DNA from: Parasitella parasitica NRRL 2501
Lineage: Eukaryota > Fungi > Mucoromycota
Assembly (NCBI GenBank): GCA_025201805.1
Contig: MU619291.1
Location: forward strand, 8,397 to 72,396
Direction of reading: 5' to 3'
DNA length: 64,000 bases
In this document: positions 53,849 through 64,000 of the stretch, one piece after another
Position numbering within the stretch: position 1 is the first letter of the stretch
How the letters are laid out: the number at the start of each line of letters is the position of its first letter
Program-made: the position numbers and the translations under genes
The notes under the pieces: model-generated
Databases searched by the model: none
Told to the model about the DNA's origin: nothing
The model's input: only the letters and a program-made list of their open reading frames with translations

Positions 53849-54961
53849 TTAGTCTCGGTGGCGAGGTGCAACCATGATAGTCTTCAAATTATTGCCGCTA
53901 GGCGAGTTGCTAACATTAACAGAGTTCCCAAGAGCAAGTACAGCGAAAATAATATTCTGCAAAGGATTGAATTGTTCGTCTGGAAGAAAAGTGATATCAT
54001 ACAAAGCAACCTTTTCGTTCAGAGCTTCAACTAAACGTAAAATCACGTCCTCAGCGATAATTCCATTAGCGACGGCGGCTTCTACATGATCTGTGTAGGA
54101 ACTCATGTCAATTGAAACCTTCTCGATCTTTGCATATTTCAAAGTGAGGTACTCGATGGGAGTAGAAGAAAAGCAATTTGCGACCTTCAAAACTTTCAAT
54201 GAGCAAGTGATGCTGGTATCATTTGTTCTAAACCACTGTTGAACCTCCTCTCTTGTCATGTCGCCTACACTTTCAATCCAACCAATGTCCAATTCTTGTA
54301 GATGAGGACAGCCATTTACAATCTTTTGAAGCTCAAAAAGATTGTTTTGCTCCATAGAAAGAGAGATCGATGTCAAGCACGTAAGACTTCCGAGCGAATC
54401 AAAGAGACGCACACTGGCTTCAGATCTTTCTTCAGTTATCAAAAGATAGAGATGCTCAAGACTTTCTTTAAAGCAAAGAGCTGCCTCTTTGTAAGCATCT
54501 GATTCTTGCATGCTAGGATCCGGCATTCTTTTCAATCTAAATCTGTTGTTACTTCGGGTGGCAACATCCAACACCAAATTGTAAGAGTAGTCATCGTCCA
54601 CATCTCCGTCAAGAACCTCCAGATTTTCATGAAAAACCAACGACAAAATTCTTTTGCAAGGATTTCCTTCATCATCATCAAGATTGTCTTCGCCATTCAT
54701 GTAGTCCCAGTCATAAATATCACGACCAGCAATCTTCAGATTTTTGACATGACGCTTCAACCTCTCATTTGTGGACAAAAAGTTGAAAAATCTCCACGCT
54801 TGTTCCTCGCTTCCAATGAGGATAGGCTTCCCAAGCGCCGCCTTCGTTGCGGGCGCACACCAATCCTTGCAAACCAAACTACATTGTATCAATTGTTTGG
54901 CATCATCAATGAAATCAAACATACATAACAATGTTTCAGTGGGCAATTGTAGTATAGACAT
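53849..54961 (-). CDS. F-box/LRR-like protein (paralogue 4, intronless)
   Basis: MSILQLPTETLLCMFDF..LIQCSLVCKDWC; PDPSMQESDAYKEA, CPHLQELDIGWIE, NCFS, LTLKYAKIE. Confidence 0.88.
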   Translation of the reverse strand: MSILQLPTETLLCMFDFIDDAKQLIQCSLVCKDWCAPATKAALGKPILIGSEEQAWRFFNFLSTNERLKRHVKNLKIAGRDIYDWDYMNGEDNLDDDEGNPCKRILSLVFHENLEVLDGDVDDDYSYNLVLDVATRSNNRFRLKRMPDPSMQESDAYKEAALCFKESLEHLYLLITEERSEASVRLFDSLGSLTCLTSISLSMEQNNLFELQKIVNGCPHLQELDIGWIESVGDMTREEVQQWFRTNDTSITCSLKVLKVANCFSSTPIEYLTLKYAKIEKVSIDMSSYTDHVEAAVANGIIAEDVILRLVEALNEKVALYDITFLPDEQFNPLQNIIFAVLALGNSVNVSNSPSGNNLKTIMVAPRHRD

Positions 54962-56842
54962 TGAAATATGTGTTTATTTGAGGGTGCCTCGATGATTAAA
55001 AAGTATTTAAAAAAAGAGACAAAGAAAAAACACATTCTGTTATCGCTTCTACCTGAAATTTATATCAGTGCTTTAGTTGGGCGTGGATTGTGCTGATACA
55101 TACTAGTAACAATCAACATTAGCATATACATAATGATTTTATAATGAACACGCGCACACACGCATACATATGGTCAGTGGCATCTTTGTTGCTTAAATTA
55201 TTGAAAAATCAAATATAGAGAATATTGCTACAAGAACGCAACTGACATTTCTTAATCTTAGTGCTTGATTGATAAACCATCAAAATTAAGCATGAATGAG
55301 GATTTGCAACACGTTGTATGAACGTTGATTGTAATTTTATGTACAAAGAGGTCTTTGTATAGATAAAGGTGTTATAATGGCCATTGCTAGCTATTTATAT
55401 CAAACCATGTTCCTCGTATTTCACAGGGCCCCGCACAGATCGCTCTCTTAACGTTGTATCCGTTTGCAATGTTAGCGAGTGGCATGCTTTTGAAAACTCT
55501 CCTATGTAGGCTATTTGAACTGAGATAGCAAGAACGCACAGTTCAACTTCTTTGGGTGTAAATCACTAAAGAATTATTATACATACATAACATCAATAGA
55601 TTAAAGCCCTACTCTTCATCATTGACTGGCGTCTTTGGCTTTTCAACGCAATTCTCTCCATCTACCTGTCAGCTTTTGTAATAGACAAGCCCTGCTCATT
55701 ATCAGGTTTGTAGATTGTAATTTTTTTTTTCAAATAATGAAGCCTTGCAGCTATTTAGAATGCGATGGCTATCGCCTGATACCGGTATATATTACAAGCT
55801 ATAAATTTTCAAACTTTTGATGTAAAAGCAGCTTTTTTCGTGTACACTTTCCTATTTATGATCACGAGTTCTTAAAGAATATCAATTAGTCCCTTTTTTA
55901 TTAGTACCCGGCAAGAATATATGGATACAAAAAATCAAACGTTCCAAACAAAAAGGCTCCAACAAAACTACATCTTGTCCTAAGAACGATGTGAATAAAA
56001 AGATTGATATTGCCATGCTACATATAGTGATGTGATGCTACTAATACAAGACTACGAATTATGTATCTATCACGAACGTCCTTAACAAACACTTCATAAG
56101 TAAAAGCATCGATCACTAGACAAGCTTTATTGATAGAATCTTTTGATACAATTGTCATGTACTCAAGGTAGATTAAGAGTAAGCACAAGCCTACGATGAA
56201 ACTGCAACTGTTCCTTTTAACATAAAAGGCATATGAAAACCAATACTCGGCACATGTTTCGAGCGTTTTCTAGACAATATCTTTCTCATGCATTAATAAG
56301 ATAGCCCTGTAACCAAAGATGCACCATTTCTTTCTCATCTTTCAGGTCGTCAAAAATCAAAGACTACTATGTATCCCATAACAGTGCTGCAAGATAGTAT
56401 AAAAACGTTTGAGATCGGATATCTATTACTGAGATCATTCTGTCTTCAGGTTTTATGCTCGATGTCAAAGATTTCAAGCTGATTATACTATTGAAATTAC
56501 TGCTGTTAATCTCACTCATCATCTCCTTCCTGTACAATCCAGCGTATCCGACTATACAGCACGTCTCGCGAATACAACATCCAATTTAATCAAATGCCAA
56601 GTTGTAAATATATTTTGTTTCGGCAGAAGATGAACTCGAAAATAGCACGGCTTGTGAGCACTTTATGGCATTTTATTTTCTACTACTAGCAGTGGCAGTG
56701 TGTTGTGCTTCCAAATAAGTGTTTGGGAAAAAGTTGACATGACTAAAATAGCCCAAGTTTGTACCACAACAAGAAAAAAAAAAGGAGGCTGCATCCTGCA
56801 GTTGACATTTACAGTGAACCTTTCTTTCCTTTTTTTTACAAA

Positions 56843-58239
56843 ATGCTTCCAAGCTCGCTTCTGCATTTTAGCAGCAAGCATAAAAGTGATGACAGTGTCA
56901 GCAATTATTCAGCTTACGTAGATACAATTGAAGATACAGTAAGAGCACTGTCACTTCTATTGCCTGGTAGGTACATAGAGAAAGCGAAATCAGCCATAAA
57001 CCTGCTAAAACCGAGAAATGTAGGCAGATTTGAGGATAGCGACCTTTGCTCGCAAGCAGGTATTGTCAGCGGGTGTTGCGGACTACATGGTGATTTTAAT
57101 CCTGGATGTATGCAGTTCTCACAGGGCTGAATTTAGTGTCACTCTACCACACAAAGTTTTTGGTACGGAAATCAAACTCTCTTAGATTAAAGCAAAACGA
57201 AGCAGAAACAGAGACATTCAACGATCGATTTTTGCAGTGTAATGATTCAAACTGGATCTGTAAATCGGCATCTTTGGTTTTAAGTGTGATCTCGTATTCG
57301 GAAGTCGTGATGGAGATGCTATTGAATAAAAAAGTGGCGAAAAATTTGAAATGGAAATATATTGCAACCTTGGAGGGATTCAAGTAAGTTTATGTGACAC
57401 ATCACAGCTGTCAAAGTGTGATTTTTAATGCGCGTTTGATATGCTCAGAGGAGTTTTACGGCTTTTACTGTTTTACGGTACAGAACAAAGGATGATATTA
57501 CATCCAACGCACTTGATTCGAAACGTCGACCCGATTTCACTGGATATTGCATATGGAGAAAAATACGAATTAACATCAATTGACCCTCGAACTGGCACAG
57601 CGCTATCATCGACGCACGATACCAGTCGGATAGGCACTAGTCAACCTAAAAATCGCAGAGGATGGGCTCATATGAGTGAGATATTATGGATTATCAGGCC
57701 ATTTGTATATGGTGAGTAATATCAAGTTAGCTCCAAGGATCGCTATCTGACTGATTCTAATTAGCTTTGATGATATTTTTGCAACAAAGGACAGCACGAA
57801 AGCATGAGCTGATTCGCAAAAAAGCCAACGGCGAAGGCAGCGACGAAGAGAAGAACACCAATGAGGAAGGTATGGAAAAGGACGATGAAGGATTCTGGAA
57901 ACCATGGCTAGTTTCTTTAGCTGTAGACATGGCATCTAGAATTTCTCGACACATGCAAACAATGTCACCTTTAGAAAAAGATGAGTCTAGAAGAAGAGAC
58001 TATCTATTAATCTACTACTTGCTTAAAGGTCCTTTGTATCTCAAGTTTACAAGGTAATGTGGAATGGCATGGAATTGATATTTTAAAGATGGTTTGCTTA
58101 TTTCTGTATATGTAGAAATATCCTTGATGCTTTCTGCAATGCAACAGAGCATAGACCACTCATATCTATTGTAACTGCTGCCATCAACGACTATCGTCCA
58201 TTCTGGGAAGATTCGTATTTTTATACATCTGGTTCTTGA
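56843..58239 (+). CDS. PEX16: Peroxisomal membrane biogenesis protein Pex16, 6 exons
   Basis: IEDTVRALSLLLPGRFEDSDL, LNLVSLYH, SYSEVVMEM, WKYIATLEGFK, SEILWIIRPFVY, WKPWLVSLAVD, LEKDESRRR..LIYYLLKGPLY, C-terminal DYRPFWEDSYFYTSGS*. Confidence 0.92.
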
Positions 58240-58310
58240 GTGCAGTGCAAGTCGCAAAATTTATCCACAAAAAAAAAATTGGTCAAATTTGAAACCCAAT
58301 TCATACACAC

Positions 58311-61300
58311 CTGATGCTGATGTGGAGCTTACAGCAGTGTTTGTTCCTTTATTCTTTATTCTTTATAGTTTTTCTTGTGACCATAACATATACAATGAGA
58401 ATGAAAATAAGGCTATAGATATATATAACAGTAGAGAGTGTGAGAGAGCATATTATGATATGAACTCTAATTCGGTATAAAAGCTAATACTAGATATAAA
58501 AGCTAATGATGTGAAACATTTTCTGCTTGAAAATATATGAATGACAGGGATGTTGTTATAATTTTTGGTTACTCGATGTTGACAATCCGGTGAAGTTCTG
58601 GTAGATCTAGAGGGGAGTTTCTTTTGCTTTAATTTATCGAACGAGCGAAGTACGAAAGTTGATTCCGTAACAGTCAGTCAGACCAAGTTCAAGTTTGTCT
58701 GTATTTGATTTTACATAATCAAGTACGGTATTCCAATATCGATGTTTCTGACACATTTGTAAATAACATGCATGGACCAGTCCCTACATTGGCCATTGCA
58801 TTCCAAATGTGGTTTTGTAGTTCGATTTTCTTTAGTTGGTTCGCAATCAACTATGGATGCTTCGCAGTTTCACGCTTATATCTGTTTCGAATGAATAAAG
58901 CTGCCCTTCGGGGCCGCCTGTGTACATTGGCGCAGGGTGTCTTATGATCTCAAGCTGCGAAATCGGAACACCACACTGCTCTTACCAACAATCGACTTGT
59001 TGTTTGCCTGTCACTCTTACCCTATCTAGGCAGACTGCAAACATTTGGAGTTAGATCAAGCAGGAATTTTGACAATGTTGGTGTGTCCGCGGCCTTGGAT
59101 GGTAGTAGGATATTCCGTATTCCCTTTGTGCTTTTTCCTTATCCGTTTATTTCTGGATTACACTTTGCTATTGTCGCGTTAAATAAGAGTTATAATATAT
59201 TGGATAGCACGTAAAAAAATGAATAAAGCTCGACCAGTAAATATAATCCATCGACAGAAACAAAGGTATAAAATGAAAGATAAAATTCTACATCATGATA
59301 AATGGTGCAGAGAGTTCCAAGAAAATTTAGAAATTACTTAAGCCTTCTCATCAGCCTGTAAACTCTTACCAACGACTTGAACTGCAATCATAGTTTTTTA
59401 CGTTGATTTTTCAATGCATCCTAATATATCTAATACTTGGTTATATAAATTGGTATCGAATTTCACGTTTGAATCCATGTATTAGGAATATCTCCATACA
59501 GAATTTTCTCATAACTCTTTATTCGATATATTTTTGACCAAGTGCTCATTGTCCCTACAGCGATAATGGTTTCTATCCGATTCAATGTTCGACTGACCAT
59601 TGAAGAGGATCGTTGCCATTCACTCTTGTAGTCAGTTGAACGCACTGTCGTGCTATCGTCTTTTAATTTTAACATTTTATTTTATCATATTTCTTTATTC
59701 TCTTATCCCAGCTTTCCACCTTCTACTCTTGTGGTACGCGGATCAAAAAAAAATCCATGTATTCCTCGACGATAGTACTTCGTAGTCTATCCAAGTTTGT
59801 AACCCCAAAATGACTGGTTTGCTCATCACCGTATTCACCTTAGTTCGGGGGGGGGGGGAACTCGTTTTCTTTTAAAAATAGAACATCCGATAGGCATCTA
59901 TGCAACTAAATGTTAATACCAGTCTTCTTTGTAACTAGGAGCATTTAAAATTACAGGATTTCGTGGAAATTGCCATCAACATAAGAACCTTGTCTTTTTT
60001 GCTTTAACTTCAACTGCCTTTTTATATTTATAGAATTGCTGTAATATACTAGAATCATCTTGCTCATCACAACTTTGTTCATTGAGAGTATCAACAATTT
60101 CTTCTTGGCTACTGCTGGCGCTTTCAGAATCAGTATCATTATGTTCATGACCCTCAGTTCTCTGTTAAACGTTATAAGTATGATATGTACGAATAGTTGC
60201 TATACAAGTTTGTATTAATTATAAATTGACAGATAGTATGTTTGCCGACTATAAAAACAAAGGGATACTATTCAATAATATAATAAATTCGTATAAAAAG
60301 GACTAGTTCTCTGTAATGCAAGTAAATATACACTAGAGAGAATGTATGTAAAATAATGTAAAGTTAAGTTTACAAGAGAAAAAGGTTGTTTATTATCAAT
60401 GTTGACATATGCAAAGCATATGCAATCTGCAGTAAGATCGATCAATTACTATAGAAAGATGTATAACCAAAAATGTACACAACAGCTACTTGCACATATC
60501 AAGTACGTGTAAGTTTGATTATATTTTTGCACATTTTATGAGCTGACCCGATTTGAAACATACTTTTCTTTCGCTTGTAGAACGGAAGCAGCCAAACTTT
60601 CCCAGCCAGCTATAGTAATGGCAGTTGCAGCTTTTGCTTTCCAGGCTGATCTCAATCCTGGGCTTATTTTCTTTTTCCCGCTCACATTGGTAAAAGCTAA
60701 TAATCTCATTTTGTTTTGTAAGTTTTTTTTTGCTCCTACTGCGCTTTCGAAATGGTTGATGTATGCCTTATAAGATTCATGTGAGCAGCACATAATTTTA
60801 TCAAGCTGGGGTGTCTTTCAGCCTCAACATAATCTTCCAAACTAAAAACATACTAGAGCTCCTATTGCAAAGTTCGACCCAAAAAAGGCGATATACTTAC
60901 CTGTTAGTACATCAGACATATTGGTGGTGGTATCAACAATAAACTTGGGCGTTTCCTGCGAAATGAGATAAAAAAGAATCATTATGTATTATCCAACGTA
61001 AAACTAGTTGGATTTTTTTTTAAAGGTTTTTATTATTTGCTCCACGTATATTACAGAGAGTTTGAGTGTAATCAAGCGGCGGGCGCAATCATCAATTATA
61101 TAAAAAAAGAAGGATAAGATATGAAGAATAAAGTATAATATAGACAAGAACACAGCAAAATAAACACAATCCAGCGAGGAATAGAGTGTACAAATGCTTT
61201 GTTTGGTTTTGTAATTCCCATTCAAGTTTCGAATTTTTGAGAAGTCGGCGTTAAATCAAGTATATCTCATTTTGAAAAACTAATTAAAAATATATAGAGA

Positions 61301-62185
61301 GCTTTAGAAAGATATAAAAAAATATGTGCGTATGCAACAAAGCGTGAAATAAATGGTCATGTATTTTGATTTGAAATAAGAGCTCTTTCAACAGAGTAAA
61401 TCATGTTGAAAGTCGGGCGAAATAGCTTGACATTTATTAAAATCAGCGCAAGGCACAAAATTTTTTTTTACCTTCCCACAGCTTCACAGTATTCTTCTTA
61501 TATACATGAGCAGAAGGAATCCAACATTGTGTAGTGTGCGACTCCTCTGTTGTTACCATGTAAGCGGCTATTTCTGGGCCTTTCTTCTAATCATTACCTT
61601 ATAACCCTTTTCTATTCACATTTTTATTTGTATAGACTCTGTTGAGAGAGCTTATATTTTAAACCGAAATCCATGAGCATTTATTTTATGTTTTGTTTCA
61701 TACGCACATATTTTACTTATAGTTTTCTGAAGTGTTTAGTTAACGCCATCTTCTCGAAAATTAGCAAAGTGGAATAGAATTGAAAAAAACAAATAAAGCA
61801 TCAGTTAACTCTATTCCTTCTTGGTTTATGCTTATTTTGCTTTATTTTCGTTATAATTTCTACTAATTATTACTTTTTTCTCCTAATACTCCAGACTCAA
61901 TTATGAAATCAAAGTCAAGCGGAAAAAGCTTGGTGATATCCAATGCTAGCGCTGAGGGCAGTATAAATCTCGTTATAGTAAGGCCTTATTAACTTAGTTA
62001 TTATGGAAGAGCATATTTTTTTGTTGTTTTGGGTTTGTGGCATTTATATCGGTGATAAAAGTGTTTCATTTTTTTAGGCTCTATCCATAGCCTTATTTTC
62101 ATTTTCATCGCATATATTATAGTTGCAAGAAAAACTATAAAGAATAAGGGAACAAACACTGCTGTAAGCTCCACATCAGCATCAG
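58311..62185. mobile_element. Decayed ~3.9-kb element bounded by ~110-bp terminal inverted repeats
   Basis: 58311-58420 (ctgatgctgatgtggagcttacagcagtgtttgttcc...gaaaataaggctatagat) matches the reverse complement of ~62082-62185. Weaker outer match 58292-58313 vs ~62262-62283. The ORF track shows the same peptide DADVELTAVFVPLFFI on opposite strands. Confidence 0.7.
58600..60960 (-). pseudogene. Disrupted, spliced gene relic inside the inverted-repeat element (product unknown)
   Basis: Minus-strand acceptor tttcgcag, exon ETPKFIVDTTTNMSDVLT, donor GTAAGT (~60900), then LEDYVEAERHPSL and ORF 60536-60793. Downstream fragments are broken by stops and frameshifts. Confidence 0.35.
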
Positions 62186-62596
62186 CATCGGATCTTTGAT
62201 TTGTATATTTGTTGCTCTGGAATCTCACCAATTTAATTTCATGATGTGCTTAATTTTTGTTCCAGGCGTATGTGAATTGGTTTTCGCAAATTTCACGAAA
62301 ACTCTCGGTACATGTACAGATTGAGAGTGGAATGACTGTAATAGGAACTGCATTGAATTAGAATAAATGGCTTACGATCACACCTCAATACCATTAGTCA
62401 TGCTCGAGTTGCTGATCTCTAAGCAGAATTGCCCTTTCGAGTCACGTTAAGCCAGCTTGGGAAAAACAAATTGCTGGCAGGCAATTCAATTTATGTAATG
62501 CCAAATATATAAAATATATGTATAAATACCACAACGGCAATAAACACTTGCACATTTCCTTTTGCCTTTAGTGACAATAACGATTTTAAAGAAAAA

Positions 62597-63953
62597 ATGT
62601 CCCCTTTGCCTTATCCCATCACTTTGCCTACTTTGGCTGATTCTCAACTCACCCGTGTCGGTGTGAAATCTCCTGAAGACGTAGTTGTCGTTTCTGCTGT
62701 CAGAACTGCTCTTGCCAAAGGTCGCAAGGGTGGCTTCAAAGACGTCTTGGCTGACGGTATGTACACGCTACGATCAGTGCTATGCATGCGCTTGATTTAC
62801 TGACCGCTTTGTAGAGCTTTTGGTCCATGTTTTTAAGGCTACCATTGCAAAGGCAGGTATTGATCCTGCCTTGGTCCAAGATATTACAGTAGGCAATGTC
62901 AGTGGGAAGGGCGGTCTCGCAACTCCATCCCGTATGGCTGCACTTGCTGCTGGTTTTCCTGAGACTACCTCTGTCAGCACCTTGAACCGCCAATGCTCCT
63001 CGGGCCTTCAAGCCTGTGTTCAGATAGCCTCTGCCATCCAATGTGGCCTCATTGATATTGGCATTGGCGCTGGTGTAGAGTCCATGAGTGCTGATTACTT
63101 TGGCCGTGTCATTCCTCTTTCTGAAAAGCTGTCAAAAGACCCCATTGTTAATGAATGTAAGATTCCTATGGGGTAAGTTATCTAGGAAATGTGATGAATA
63201 AGGGACAATATAGACTAATGCGCAATTGATAGTATTACCTCTGAAAACGTAGCTGCTGATTATGGCATCACTCGTGAAGAACAAGATAGTTTCTCTGCTG
63301 AATCACACAAAAAGGCCGCAGCAGCTCAGAAGGCCGGTCTATTCAGGGAGGAGATTGTTCCTTGTACTGTTACTACCCTCGGTAAGGACGGCAAGGAAAA
63401 GACGATTGTCGTTGATCAAGATGAGGGTATTCGTGCATCTTCCACCGTTGAAGGTCTTGGCAAGCTGAAGCCTGCTTTCACTCCTACCGGTAGCACTACT
63501 GCTGGCAATGCTTCTCAAATTTCTGATGGTGCCGCTGCTGTCTTGTTAATGAAGCGAAAGACTGCACAAAAGCTGAACTTGCCCATCCTGGGTAAATATA
63601 TCACTTCTGCTTCTGTTGGTGTACCACCTCGTGTAATGGGCGTTGGCCCTGCTTATGCTATCCCTGTTGCTGTTGAGCGTGCCGGCTTGAAACTTTCTGA
63701 AGTTGATATCTATGAGATCAATGAAGCTTTTGCCTCTCAAGCACTTTATACCATTAAGGTCCTTGGCCTTCCAATGGAAAAAGTTAATCCTAAGGGCGGT
63801 GCTATTGCTATCGGACATCCTTTGGGTTGTACTGGTGCTCGTCAAGTTGCCACCTTGTATCCTGAATTGAAGCGTCAAAACAAGCGTATTGGTGTTACTA
63901 GTATGTGTATTGGCTCTGGTATGGGGATGGCTGCTGTTTGGGAAAGAGAGTAA
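62597..63953 (+). CDS. POT1: 3-ketoacyl-CoA thiolase (peroxisomal-type family), 3 exons
   Basis: DVVVVSAVRT, NRQCSSGLQA (catalytic Cys), GIGAGVESMS, TAGNASQISDGAAAV, EINEAFASQ, NPKGGAIAIGHPLG, SMCIGSGMG. Confidence 0.93.
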
Positions 63954-64000
63954 AATTTACTCTATTCATACTCTATAATTTATAAAACTCTGTATCAACA

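Overview
Eukaryotic, intron-rich fungal DNA. The short GT-AG introns, gene content and F-box family style point to Mucoromycota/Mucorales (inference). Bases 1-4.5 kb are AT-rich, non-coding and contain a diverged ~550-bp duplication. From 4.6 to 35.6 kb is a compact housekeeping block: a single-pass membrane protein, HEATR5/Laa1, a DHA1-type MFS transporter, HEM12, a GH3 beta-glucosidase, a C9orf72-like DENN protein, PFK-2/FBPase-2, a GNAT acetyltransferase, NEMF/Rqc2, eIF3c and a p24/Emp24 protein. From ~35.7 to 56.6 kb is an AT-rich accessory island. It holds (i) an intact six-exon, ~1413-aa Zisupton/KDZ-like DDE transposase with a complete WRN-type DEDDy 3'-5' exonuclease inserted inside its catalytic core (the strongest finding), (ii) four intronless F-box paralogues with a shared promoter motif, and (iii) a 1.3-kb Tc1 element with 31-bp TIRs. 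The window ends with PEX16 and a 3-ketoacyl-CoA thiolase, separated by a ~3.9-kb decayed element bounded by ~110-bp inverted repeats. There are four N gaps. All family calls come from recognising motifs by eye; no searches were run.
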